DNA from: Agitococcus sp. | GTDB lineage: Bacteria > Pseudomonadota > Gammaproteobacteria > Pseudomonadales > Moraxellaceae | Length of the DNA: 64,000 bases | Direction: 5' to 3' | Assembly (NCBI GenBank): GCA_030646715.1 | Contig: JAUSLJ010000034.1 | Coordinates: 5,423 to 69,422, forward strand | Shown here: in pieces, positions 1-10,300 of the stretch | How the letters are laid out: the number at the start of each line of letters is the position of its first letter | Numbering within the stretch: the first letter of the stretch is position 1 | Made by a program: the position numbers and the translations under genes | Notes under the pieces: model-generated | Seen by the model: the letters and a program-made list of their open reading frames with translations, nothing else | Database searches by the model: none | Told to the model about the DNA's origin: nothing

Positions 1-7
1 ATAATAC

Positions 8-1108
8 TCATTCCCAGTCATTTAACTGATTACGCAGTTCGAATTCCTGTCGGTGTTTTGCAATATACTTTTGTTGTCCATGACGTAAGCCAATACGCAT
101 AGTTGTTGTAAGCCCTAGTGCTAACAGTTCTTTTGCAGATAAAGCCGTCGAGATCAGTAAATCGCCGTTATCGTTAAAGCTAATTAGGTACCGATCGAAA
201 AGTGCATCCACATGAGCCGCTAGAAGCAATCCATTGTCTGGGTCAAGTCTTGCTTCATTGTCAGAGTCACGCCAAGGACAAATATGAGAGGCACGCAGAA
301 CTTCCTCAATACCACAGCCTGTCAGAGCGCAACGATGTTGCCAGAGGCGCAGCAGGTCAGCACGAAATTTTCCTTGACCGAGGCGTGCTTCTATAAGAGC
401 CTTCCGCGTCGTTTCATCAAGTTGTTTTTGATTGCGCAGATTGAGTATATCCTCAGCAGCAGACTCCACCTGTAGTAATTCTCTGATGGTTCGCCATGCA
501 TCATTACGTTGTGCAGTTGGTATCGCATCCAACAAATAAGCTGCGCGTTCGGCAGGAATGATTTTGAAGGAGTTGAACCTAGCAACCAGTTTGCTTTTGC
601 CTGTGATGGCTAGAGCATCAATATCGACGGGCTCGTCTAACCAGAGAAAGGCCTGTTCTGGGCAAATCCAGTTCGGGTTGAGACAGCCTACGTTATCCCA
701 ATGCTCGCGAAATGACTCTTCGTCAGGATAGATTTTCTGCACGAGTGGAACGCTCCAAGCTTCGCGCCAAAGCTTTTTTGCACCAACTCTTTTATTAATA
801 GATTTGAGTAGTTTTGTCTCGTCGTTTTGCACATATCGGGCATTGCCGGCAATGCCGACCAGTTGCTGGCGCCCGTTGTGGGATGCGTACATCATCAGAA
901 GTGTATCATTCGGAGCGTTCTGCCCTACTGGCTCGGTGTGCAGAACGCGAAGGGGTACTCCATCCAGTTCTATTCGCATTTTAGGCGAGTTATTCCATTC
1001 TTCGTGTCCGTAACCGTGCTGTTTGGGGTAGCCGCCAGTGGCTTGATGCCCAGCTGGAGAAGTATAACCTTTGGGATTCCAGTGTATGGGTTTAAGGAGG
1101 CAGAGCAT
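8..1108 (-). CDS. HNH-family nuclease (C-terminal HNH_2-like domain; N-terminal domain unassigned)
   Basis: ORF 8..1321. The C-terminus 'HICPWRDSDNEARLDPDNGLLLAAHVDALFD' fits the H-N-H beta-beta-alpha-metal motif. I prefer the internal ATG at 1108 (MLCLLKPIHWNPKGY..., AGGGA about 8 nt upstream) because the first ~70 codons are Cys-rich and not protein-like. The start is uncertain. Confidence 0.7.
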   Translation of the reverse strand: MLCLLKPIHWNPKGYTSPAGHQATGGYPKQHGYGHEEWNNSPKMRIELDGVPLRVLHTEPVGQNAPNDTLLMMYASHNGRQQLVGIAGNARYVQNDETKLLKSINKRVGAKKLWREAWSVPLVQKIYPDEESFREHWDNVGCLNPNWICPEQAFLWLDEPVDIDALAITGKSKLVARFNSFKIIPAERAAYLLDAIPTAQRNDAWRTIRELLQVESAAEDILNLRNQKQLDETTRKALIEARLGQGKFRADLLRLWQHRCALTGCGIEEVLRASHICPWRDSDNEARLDPDNGLLLAAHVDALFDRYLISFNDNGDLLISTALSAKELLALGLTTTMRIGLRHGQQKYIAKHRQEFELRNQLNDWE

Positions 1109-1362
1109 GGTAATAGTCCCTTTTTTTATTTGATGTCCCAGTAGCATCATTACATGAATGCTGCTAGCGAAGAAGTTATTGATGAGGGCTTGCTTTTCAA
1201 ATGTTAGTTGCCCACACACTTCAACTAAACAGATGCACCTTAATATGACATCACTACTTAAACCATGCCAGCAGAGGTATTGAGCAACTATGCGGGATGG
1301 AGTTTTGCGTCTTTCTGTCAATTCTGATCAAGTGGGGTTTGATTTAACACCCATAAAAATGG

Positions 1363-1380
1363 TCATCATTTTTATGATGA
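1363..1380. promoter_or_regulatory. Inverted repeat TCATCAT-N4-ATGATGA upstream of brxR (candidate BrxR operator)
   Basis: Perfect 7-bp arms read directly at 1363-1380, about 95 bp upstream of the brxR start. WYL/BrxR regulators are known to bind palindromic sites upstream of their own operon. No binding evidence here. Confidence 0.25.
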
Positions 1381-1475
1381 AATCAGATCATAAATACATT
1401 AGACTTCCGTTATAACACAAAATACACTACCTACCAAAAGGAAAGTGCACACCCAAAAAAGGACAGCTTGATACC

Positions 1476-2387
1476 ATGAACTCAACATCCGATCTCTCTG
1501 AGTACTCGGTGCCCCAGCGTGATCGACTGGCGTTCATTGAGCTACTGCTATACTTCATGGGCGAACTCCGTCGCAGTGATATTGTCTCGCGCTTTGGCAT
1601 CCAATCCGCTGCCGCCACTCGTGATCTGGCCATCTATAAAAAGTTAGTCCCCAGCAATATCGACTACGATACCAAGGAAAAAACCTACGTTCTTGGCCAA
1701 GCTTTCAAACCTCTTTTTCAATTCTCTCCTGAGCGCGTCCTGTCGTGGATCACCCAAAGTTTCGGTGACGGCGAGCCTGCCCAACTAAAATCTTGGCTAG
1801 CTGCTGATACTCCTGCTCGGCTGACCCAGCCAGCTCTAGATACTTTGTCAGTAGTAACGCGTGCCATTCATCAGCACGCAGTATTGGCCATGCACTACCA
1901 CTCTTTATCTTCTGGTCTGACTCAACGGGAAATTGTTCCGTTCGCATTGATAGACAACGGTCAGCGTTGGCATGTCCGTGCCTATGATCGCCATCATCAA
2001 GACTTCAGAGATTTTGTTATCACCCGTATTCAACATCCGCGACTGCTAAAAGACAGCACAATTCAACCCCACGAACTCAGCGATCAGGATATCCAATGGA
2101 CTCGAATTGTTGAGCTGGATCTGGTGCCGCACCCCGACCAGCCTAGGCCAGGAATTACTGAGCTAGACTACGGAATGATAGACGGTCATCTACGCGTACG
2201 GTTGCGAGCGGCTACCGCAGGTTATGTATTGCGTTGCTGGAATGTCGATTGTTCGGCTGACCATCGCCTTAACAGCACAGAAGTTAGGCTGTGGTTAAGT
2301 GATCCGCTGACACTCTACGGTGTCAAGAATGCGGTGCTAGCACCTGGCTACGTTCCTCCCACCAATCAGATGGAGAAGAGCGCATGA
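1476..2387 (+). CDS. brxR: BrxR-type wHTH-WYL transcriptional regulator
   Basis: 303 aa. The N-terminal winged-HTH-like segment (RDRLAFIELLLYFMGELRRSDIVSRFGIQSAAATRDL), the size and the WYL-like middle region fit BrxR. It lies directly upstream of brxA and overlaps it by 4 nt. Confidence 0.8.
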   Translation: MNSTSDLSEYSVPQRDRLAFIELLLYFMGELRRSDIVSRFGIQSAAATRDLAIYKKLVPSNIDYDTKEKTYVLGQAFKPLFQFSPERVLSWITQSFGDGEPAQLKSWLAADTPARLTQPALDTLSVVTRAIHQHAVLAMHYHSLSSGLTQREIVPFALIDNGQRWHVRAYDRHHQDFRDFVITRIQHPRLLKDSTIQPHELSDQDIQWTRIVELDLVPHPDQPRPGITELDYGMIDGHLRVRLRAATAGYVLRCWNVDCSADHRLNSTEVRLWLSDPLTLYGVKNAVLAPGYVPPTNQMEKSA

Positions 2388-2977
2388 GCCACTATACGGC
2401 CGATATCAGTGCAGGTGCCCTGCTTCCAGCGGAAAGCCGTATTCTGGCCACTCTACTTCTTTCGGGAGTGGACAAGGCTGGTTGGGTTCATGCTATTAAA
2501 GAAGACAACATCCTCCAAAAAAAGAGCCCTAGCTCTGCTATTCGTCAGGCACATCTCATACGTCAGCGCCTAGATACCTTGGATGAAGAAGGTCTGACCC
2601 TGATTGCTCATGAATCTGGCGAAGTATTGAACCAAATGCTTTTGGTTGTTGCGATTCGTCATAGCCGATTGCTCGGCGACTTTCTGATTGATGTCTATCA
2701 AGGGCGATTGAAGCGTTTGGAGGACACCATAAGCTCAAGTGACTGGTCAACCTTCTTGCATGAGTGCGAACAACGGGATGCCGCTGTTGCCACATGGAGC
2801 AAAAGCACCCAAGCAAAACTACTACAAGTTATCTTTCTCATGTTGGCACAAGCCAAATACATCGACTCCACACGGAGCCGACGGATAACGCCCCCCCTGC
2901 TTCACCCCCGCGTGCTGCGCTACCTGAAAGACCATAACGATACTTACACCCTTAAAGCCATGGACGTGAAGCGATGA
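2384..2977 (+). CDS. brxA: BREX protein BrxA (DUF1819)
   Basis: 197 aa and first gene of the canonical brxA-brxB-brxC order. It has 4-nt overlaps with both neighbours, and its size and helical composition fit BrxA. Confidence 0.85.
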   Translation: MSHYTADISAGALLPAESRILATLLLSGVDKAGWVHAIKEDNILQKKSPSSAIRQAHLIRQRLDTLDEEGLTLIAHESGEVLNQMLLVVAIRHSRLLGDFLIDVYQGRLKRLEDTISSSDWSTFLHECEQRDAAVATWSKSTQAKLLQVIFLMLAQAKYIDSTRSRRITPPLLHPRVLRYLKDHNDTYTLKAMDVKR

Positions 2978-3585
2978 ACGAAATAAGTAGCCGATATCTG
3001 CCGCTGGAGGAGCGACTGAATCTGATCCTGCCGCGCATTACCTCGAATGAGTTGCTCAACAATGAGGGTCTAGGTAATGAAATCGGATTTCATATCTTCG
3101 ATTATCCTGCTGAGCGTGAGGAAGTGGTTCGCGATTTTATTAGCACAGTCATTGATCCTGCGCTGGCTAAACATCCAGCCAAGCTACGTTTCAAAATCGT
3201 TAATCTTTTTCAGACTGTGATTCAACTATTGCAGGATCGTGGACTGCTGGAAAAAGCCATTGCCATGCAGCAAGCCAAAGGCGACGAAGCATTGATGAAG
3301 GCCATCGGCCCTGTATTAAAGGAAGACAAACTAGCGAGTTATCTCGTCAACCAAATGGCAGTCGATGATCTCGATTTAGTGCTATTAACAGGTGTCGGCA
3401 CGGCCTACCCGCTGGTACGCCTGCACACCCTGTTGAATGGCCTGCATCCGTTGATGAAGCACACACCGCTGATTGTGTTCTACCCTGGCAAGTACGATGG
3501 CGTCAGTTTGCGCTTGTTTGGTCTTAACGCAGACCGCAGCGATACCAATGCCCCTTACTACCGAGCATTCCAGTTGTTGAAATAA
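2974..3585 (+). CDS. brxB: BREX protein BrxB (DUF1788)
   Basis: 203 aa, positioned between brxA and the large P-loop ATPase. The call rests on synteny and size. Confidence 0.85.
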   Translation: MNEISSRYLPLEERLNLILPRITSNELLNNEGLGNEIGFHIFDYPAEREEVVRDFISTVIDPALAKHPAKLRFKIVNLFQTVIQLLQDRGLLEKAIAMQQAKGDEALMKAIGPVLKEDKLASYLVNQMAVDDLDLVLLTGVGTAYPLVRLHTLLNGLHPLMKHTPLIVFYPGKYDGVSLRLFGLNADRSDTNAPYYRAFQLLK

Positions 3586-3617
3586 TTAATTAAGAATATT
3601 GAAAAAGGTGATCTCCT

Positions 3618-6600
3618 GTGCAAATTCGTGAATTGTTTGTTAAGAAAGTTGACCGTCCCATCAATGGAGTCATCAAAGCCGACCAGCGCGACCGCGACAG
3701 TATCTGGCAAGAGCTAGACGAATATGTGGTTACTAAGCAGATTACCGAGTATCTGCGTCGATTCTTTGATGCTTATTTGGCGGGTTTCGATCGTCCCAAT
3801 GATCCAGTCATCGCCTCACACATGGGCGTTTGGGTTTCTGGCTTCTTTGGTTCGGGGAAGTCACACTTCATCAAGATTTTGTCCTATCTACTTGAAAACA
3901 TTCAAGCGATTGATCCAGAGTTGAGTACCAAAAAACCTGCTCTCAGTTTTTTTGATGATGCCAAAGTCACTGATCCCATGCTACGCGCCGACATCCAGCG
4001 CGTGGCTCAGTACACTGCCGATGTCATTTTGTTCAACATTGATGCCAAGGCCGATAGTAGCTCTAACCGTGATGTCATCCTGCAAGTCTTTTTGAGAGTC
4101 TTCAACGAAAAATTAGGATTTTCGGGAGATGCGCCGCACATCGCCAATATGGAGCGACATTTAGTCAAGGAAGGCGGCTATGACGTTTTCAAAAAGGTCT
4201 TTAAGGATAATAACGGTGACTCGTGGGAATCCCAGCGCGATGCAGTCGGCTTCCTGCGTGATGACGTGGTCAATGCTCTCTCACAAGCCCTCGGTATGAG
4301 TGAAGAATCCGCTGGGCAGTGGTTCGACAAAGCCGACGAAACTTTCAAAATCAATATTGAATCCTTTGCCGAATTGGTTCGGGATTACCTAAAGACCAAG
4401 CCAGCCAACCATCGCGTCATCTTTCTAGTGGACGAAGTGGGTCAGTTTGTTGGTGACAACACGCACTTAATGCTGAACTTGCAAACGATCACAGAGCAAC
4501 TGGGCACTGTCTGTAATGGTCGTGCTTGGATTGTGGTGACTAGCCAAGAAGATATTGATGCCGCTATCGGCGAGGTCAACAAGGCTAAGAGCCAAGACTT
4601 CTCAAAGATTCAAGGTCGTTTCCACACTCGGCTATCACTGGCCAGCTCGAACACCGACGAAGTCATCGGTAAACGTCTGTTGTCAAAGACTGATGCTGCT
4701 CATGATGAACTGCGTGATGTTTTTGTCGCTCAAGGAGACATCATTAATAATCAGCTGGCATTCAGCTCCGAGGGTGTCACTCTAGCTGGCTACAAAGATG
4801 CCGCCGAATACGTTACCTATTATCCTTTCGCACCTTACCAATTTACGTTGTTATCCAAAATCTTTGAAGCCATTCGCCGACATGGTGCGACAGGACGACA
4901 TTTGTCTAAGGGCGAGCGTTCGCTACTCGATGCCTTCCAGACTGCCGTCAAGGGCATACTGAATCATGACATCAACCGTTTAGTACCTGTATTCGATTTC
5001 TACTCATCCATTGAAAGTTTCCTCGATAGTACGGTACGCCATGCTATCGACAATGCTGAAAAGCAAGTCGGCAGGCTGTTTGAAACCTTCGATATCAAGC
5101 TGCTGAAAGCATTGTTTCTAATTAAGTACATTCCAGAAATGGTCAAGGGTAAAGTGGATAACCTAGCGACCTTGTGCGTCGAGGAAATTGATACTGATAA
5201 ATTGGTATTGAAGCGTCGCATCCAAGAAAGCTTGATGCGGCTAGAAAAGCAAAACCTAGTGAGTCGCAACGGTGATGAGTGGATGTTCTTGACCAACGAA
5301 GAGCAAGACATCGCCCGTGAAATCAGCCATGAGGTCATTAACTCATCCGAACTGTCACGAACGCTAGCGGATTTAGTATTTGAAGAAGTATGGAAGAGTC
5401 AAACCAAAGTACGTCACAAAAACAGCAAAGCGGATTATGAATTCAACCGACTATTGGACGGCAAACCGTGGAAATCAGCCCACCATGAGTTGTCTTTGGA
5501 GTTAATTACCGAACTGCACGACGAATACCCGCTTTACACCGAGGCCAAGTGTCGCCTTTACAGTGGCGGCAACCCCTCGCGTATCATTCTACGTCTGAGT
5601 CAGGGTGAGCGTTTGTATGAAGAGCTGCAAACCTATTTGAAGATTGAGCAATTCATCCAAAACAAGTTTGACAACGCTAGCCCAACTGGCCGCAAGATCC
5701 TAACCTTTAAGAAGGATGAAAACCGAGAGCGTAAGGAACGTCTGCGTTTTCAACTAGAACGTCTTATTGTGACAGGTGATGTCTACGCGTTAGGCGAGCC
5801 AGTGCAAATAAAAGCCGCTGGCTCTATGGCGGTATTAGAAGAGGCTATCAACTACTTAGTGTCTAACACCTACACCAAGCTGGCCTATCTAAAACCCATT
5901 GCTAATGCCTTTACCGAAATATCCGCCGTGCTGACAGCCGATAGCGTGCAACAACTTAATTTAGGCAACGGCGACATCCCCAACCATCTCGCCTTAAAAG
6001 AAGTGAGTGAATATCTAAAAATTAAGGCGGGTCACAGTGCAGTGGCGTTGGAAGATGTTGTTAAGCACTTCAGCGGCAACTCCTATGGCTGGAAGCCTGA
6101 CTGGGAAATTGTTCTGCTAGTGGCTCGGTTGTTTATGGCAGGTGAAATCACCTTGATGATGGACAGCACACCGCTATCCCCTGCTGCTGCGTTAGAGCCG
6201 CTGAGCAAAAGCCAAAAATTCAAGTTTGTATCCATTCTTAAACGAAGAAAAACGGGAGCATTGGAGCTGAGCCAAGCCCGCACCTTGTACAAGGATTTGT
6301 TCGCCAATTTGGCACCTGAGGAAGAAGATGCGCTCGTCGCCGCTTTTCGCAGCAAGCTGGATGGCTGGGATAAATTACTGGCGGTCTATGCGCCTCTGGC
6401 CAATCAACCCCACTACCCTGGCAAGACAGCGATTGATGGACTGCAAAGCCGTATCAAGAAACAACTGGCCATTCAGGACAGCGCAGCCTTTATCGACGCG
6501 CTGCTAAAACAGAAGGAAGATTGGCGCGATGCCGAAGAGGAACATCACGACCTCACGGGCTTCTATGACAAAGACAAGGGTCAGATTCTTACATGGCGGC

Positions 6601-7268
6601 GATTGCTGAGCGGTTTGACTGCCGTAAAAGACAACCGAGAAAAACTACTGGAAGATTCCAAGGCGGCTAACGCCCTGCACCAATTGGAGAAAATTCGCGA
6701 CAACGTCAGCCCTTATGGCGTCATCAACCAAATTGAGCCTTTACTGGCGACAGTGGAAAGTGCCAACAATTTGCTGGTGGGCGAGAAGAGAAAACATGCT
6801 TTAGAACGGGTGGACGATCATATTGCTACTGTGCAGACCGACCTCGAACAAATCGACGCCGACCCGATGCTGCGTAATAAGGCGTTGCTGGGACTTCAGC
6901 AATTGCGTATCAAAGTGGAAGCCTCCAACAGCATCCCGACTATTTTCTACCTGCAAAATCAAGCGTTGGAGCTGATGGATACCGCGCAGGACATCATCCA
7001 AAAAGCACATGAAGAACAACTTAAAGCCATCGCAAAGTCGCCTGCCGTAACGCCAAAAACTGACAATACGGGCGCAACAACACCAACCGCCTCTGCACCT
7101 AAGCCACAAGCACCCGTATTAAAGCCGACCAAGACGGTGAAAGCCGCTAGTTTAACCATTGGCAAGAGCTATCTGGAATCCACAACCGATGTGGAAGCGT
7201 ATCTGCAAAAGTTGCGCAATGAGTTACTGAAAGCGATCAACGATGGTCAGCGCGTGCGGATTGAATAA
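3618..7268 (+). CDS. brxC: BREX ATPase BrxC/PglY
   Basis: 1216 aa with a GTG start. The Walker A motif 'GFFGSGKSHFIK' is typical of BrxC. A long coiled/helical C-terminus and synteny also fit. Confidence 0.92.
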   Translation: MQIRELFVKKVDRPINGVIKADQRDRDSIWQELDEYVVTKQITEYLRRFFDAYLAGFDRPNDPVIASHMGVWVSGFFGSGKSHFIKILSYLLENIQAIDPELSTKKPALSFFDDAKVTDPMLRADIQRVAQYTADVILFNIDAKADSSSNRDVILQVFLRVFNEKLGFSGDAPHIANMERHLVKEGGYDVFKKVFKDNNGDSWESQRDAVGFLRDDVVNALSQALGMSEESAGQWFDKADETFKINIESFAELVRDYLKTKPANHRVIFLVDEVGQFVGDNTHLMLNLQTITEQLGTVCNGRAWIVVTSQEDIDAAIGEVNKAKSQDFSKIQGRFHTRLSLASSNTDEVIGKRLLSKTDAAHDELRDVFVAQGDIINNQLAFSSEGVTLAGYKDAAEYVTYYPFAPYQFTLLSKIFEAIRRHGATGRHLSKGERSLLDAFQTAVKGILNHDINRLVPVFDFYSSIESFLDSTVRHAIDNAEKQVGRLFETFDIKLLKALFLIKYIPEMVKGKVDNLATLCVEEIDTDKLVLKRRIQESLMRLEKQNLVSRNGDEWMFLTNEEQDIAREISHEVINSSELSRTLADLVFEEVWKSQTKVRHKNSKADYEFNRLLDGKPWKSAHHELSLELITELHDEYPLYTEAKCRLYSGGNPSRIILRLSQGERLYEELQTYLKIEQFIQNKFDNASPTGRKILTFKKDENRERKERLRFQLERLIVTGDVYALGEPVQIKAAGSMAVLEEAINYLVSNTYTKLAYLKPIANAFTEISAVLTADSVQQLNLGNGDIPNHLALKEVSEYLKIKAGHSAVALEDVVKHFSGNSYGWKPDWEIVLLVARLFMAGEITLMMDSTPLSPAAALEPLSKSQKFKFVSILKRRKTGALELSQARTLYKDLFANLAPEEEDALVAAFRSKLDGWDKLLAVYAPLANQPHYPGKTAIDGLQSRIKKQLAIQDSAAFIDALLKQKEDWRDAEEEHHDLTGFYDKDKGQILTWRRLLSGLTAVKDNREKLLEDSKAANALHQLEKIRDNVSPYGVINQIEPLLATVESANNLLVGEKRKHALERVDDHIATVQTDLEQIDADPMLRNKALLGLQQLRIKVEASNSIPTIFYLQNQALELMDTAQDIIQKAHEEQLKAIAKSPAVTPKTDNTGATTPTASAPKPQAPVLKPTKTVKAASLTIGKSYLESTTDVEAYLQKLRNELLKAINDGQRVRIE

Positions 7269-7377
7269 TAAGTGAAGTTCCTACCCTTCCTTTAACACAG
7301 GGAGGGATGCTTCAAGAAACTAAGACCTTAAAAGAACTGACAGCCCTCATCGGCTAATTGAATCAACGAGCAAACTC

Positions 7378-10300
7378 ATGAACAAGTCCAACCTTAAAAC
7401 CTACGCTCCGCAAGCCCGCCGTGACTTTATCGACATGGTCACCAGCCGTGCCGCGCAACTGGGCATTGCCGAACAAAACGGCGAGCTGAGGGTAGAAAAC
7501 AGTCTGGTTCAAGGTGAGGTGCTGGTGATTGCTGGGCAAGCCTTTCCCGTCAAGATTGAGCTGTTGCGTAAACGGTTGTTGGAGCGCATTCGTCAACAGG
7601 GTTTTAGTCAGACGATGGAGGCTATTGCCTATACGTGGTTTAACCGCTTTGCCGCACTGCGTTACATTGAGCTGCATGATTATTTGGAGCATGGACAGCG
7701 GGTGTTGTCTAGCGTGAGTGCGGGTGGCTTGCCCGATATTCTGACTCATGCGTTGGATTTAGCCGAAGCTGGAGAACTGCCAACGATTAGCCGCGACATG
7801 GTAGCGGATCTCAAACTGACCAATAAAGACGGTGAGCTTTACAAACGTCTGCTAGTGGCACAATGCAATAAGTTAGCGACAGCTATGCCCTTTCTGTTTG
7901 AGAAAATTGACGATGATTCTGAGTTGCTGCTACCCGATACCTTGCTACGCACGGACTCGGTTATTCGTAAGTTAGTGGACGGCATTCCTGAGGAAGATTG
8001 GCAGCAAGTGGAAGTGATTGGCTGGTTGTATCAGTTTTATATTAGCGAAAAGAAAGATCAGGTTATTGGCAAGGTGGTAAAAAGCGAGGACATTCCTGCC
8101 GCTACGCAGTTATTTACACCGAATTGGATTGTGAAGTACCTCGTGCAAAACAGCATTGGCCGTTTGTGGTTGATGGCGAATCCGCATTCAGGATTAGCGG
8201 CGCAAATGGAGTATTACATTCAGCCTGCGGAACAAACGTCCGAAGTGCAAGCGCAGTTGGATGCGTTGATTAAAGTGCGGGTGGAAGAAGATGGTGAAAC
8301 GCTTAGTCCCCTGTCGATTACGGTATTGGATCCCGCTTGTGGCTCTGGGCATATTCTGGTGGAAGCCTATGATTTATTGAAGGCGATTTATTTGGAGCGC
8401 GGCTATAAAATCCGCGAGATTCCGCGTTTGATTCTAAAGCACAATTTGTTTGGCTTGGATATTGATGATCGGGCGGCGCAGTTGGCGGGTTTTGCGTTGT
8501 TGATGAAGGCACGGGCGGATGATCGGCGGTTGTTTGAGAATACGCCTGAGTTGAATGTGTTGGCGATTCAGGATAGCAAGGGTGTGGATGATGCGGTGAT
8601 GTCTGAGGCGGTGATGCAAGCGGCTATTCGGTTGGAGGGGGGTGAGGTTTTAGGGAATAGGGATTTGTTTGGTGGGGGGGCGTTGGCTGCGGTGCATTCG
8701 AGTGGGTTGGTGGTGGGAGATGTGCGGGAGTTGATTCGGCTTTTTGAGTTTGGGAAGACGTTTGGGTCGTTGTTGATGGTGCCTGAGACGTTGGCGGGGA
8801 AATTGCCGAAGTTGAAAGCGTTGTTGGAGCAAGTGATTAAGAGTGGCGATAGTCTTGCTAAGTCGTATGCTGTGCAAATTCAGAGTGATTATTTGAGGCC
8901 TGCTGGGGTGTTGGGCAAGGTTTACGATGCGGTGGTGGCTAATCCACCGTATATGAGTAGCAAAGGAATGAACAATAAAATCAAGGACTTTGCAAGAACC
9001 CATTTCGATGAAAGTAAATACGACCTCTTTTCTATGTTTATTATGAGAGGGTTCGGATTATGCAAAAAATTTGGATTAAATTCGCTTGTAACCATTCAGT
9101 CATGGATGTTCCTTTCGAGCTTCGAAGATATGCGCCTAAGGCTAATATCAGAAAAAACATTCATCAATCTCGTTCAAATTGGTTATAACAGCTTTCCTGA
9201 GCTTAACTCCAAAGTAGTTCAGTGTGCTGCTTTTATAAGCAGTAACTACTCTAATCCATTTTTCAATAGTCGCTATATTAATTTGAATTCGGCGGCACAG
9301 TCAGCCGATAAGAAATCTGTTTTTTTAGAAATGTCTCCATCAAACGTCTTTGATGTAACTCAAAATGATATTGCCAGTATTCCTGGTTATGCTTTAGCTT
9401 ACTGGGCAAACAATATAGCTTTATCACACTTTCAAAAACAACAATCTTTGGGCAGTATTGCCGACCTTCGATCAGGTATCAGCACTGGTGATAATGAACA
9501 ATTCTATCGCAGCTGGTTTGAGGTTTCATTTGAGAAAACCAACTTCAATCCCGATAGTTTTATTGGTGGAAAATGGTTTCCAATTATTAGAGGTGGCGAC
9601 TATAGACGATGGTATGGCAACAAAGAAAGTGTCATTAATTTGGAAAATGATGGTTCTGACATCATTAAAAGTGGGAACAATTTCCGCCTCAGAACGAAAG
9701 AATTCTACACTAAAATCGGAGTGACATGGTCAAGGATAACATCTGGCCCTCTTTCATTCAGATTAAAGACCAAAGACGTTAATTTTGGCGAAAACTCTCC
9801 TTGCCTATTTTCTGATTCAAACGAGAAGTTAATGCTTGCCATACTAAATTCTAAAGTGGCAGGCTATTTCCTTGGCTTGATTAGCCCAACCCTTTCAAAT
9901 CAAGTTATTGATGTAGCGAAGATCCCAATCATTGCCAGCGACCATGTCAACACTACCTTAATAGATCAACTCATTGATCTATATAAATTCGACTGGGACT
10001 GTCATGAAACTTCATGGAATTTTCACTCATCACCTATTGCCCATAAAACAAACTATTCGATGTCAATAAAATCATCTTGGGGAAAATGGGGAAAACTTGC
10101 TAATGAGAACATTACAAATGCAATGGCCGCTGAAAAAGCAAATAATGAAAGTATTATTAAAATATATGGTTTAGCTCATGAGCTATCACCAAGTGTTGAA
10201 ATCGAGACAATCACCCTCACTCGCCCCGACCGTGAAAAAGACATGCAACGCTTTATCTCCTACGCCATCGGCAACATGATGGGACGCTACAGCCTAAACG

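Noticed and set aside
8318-9003. Three minus-strand ORFs (8318-8512, 8434-8619, 8650-9003) antisense to pglX
   Set aside because: They lie inside a well-supported pglX reading frame. Their translations are Pro/His/Gln/Arg-rich and low in information content. They exist only because the sense strand is almost C-free here, so the antisense strand lacks stop codons.
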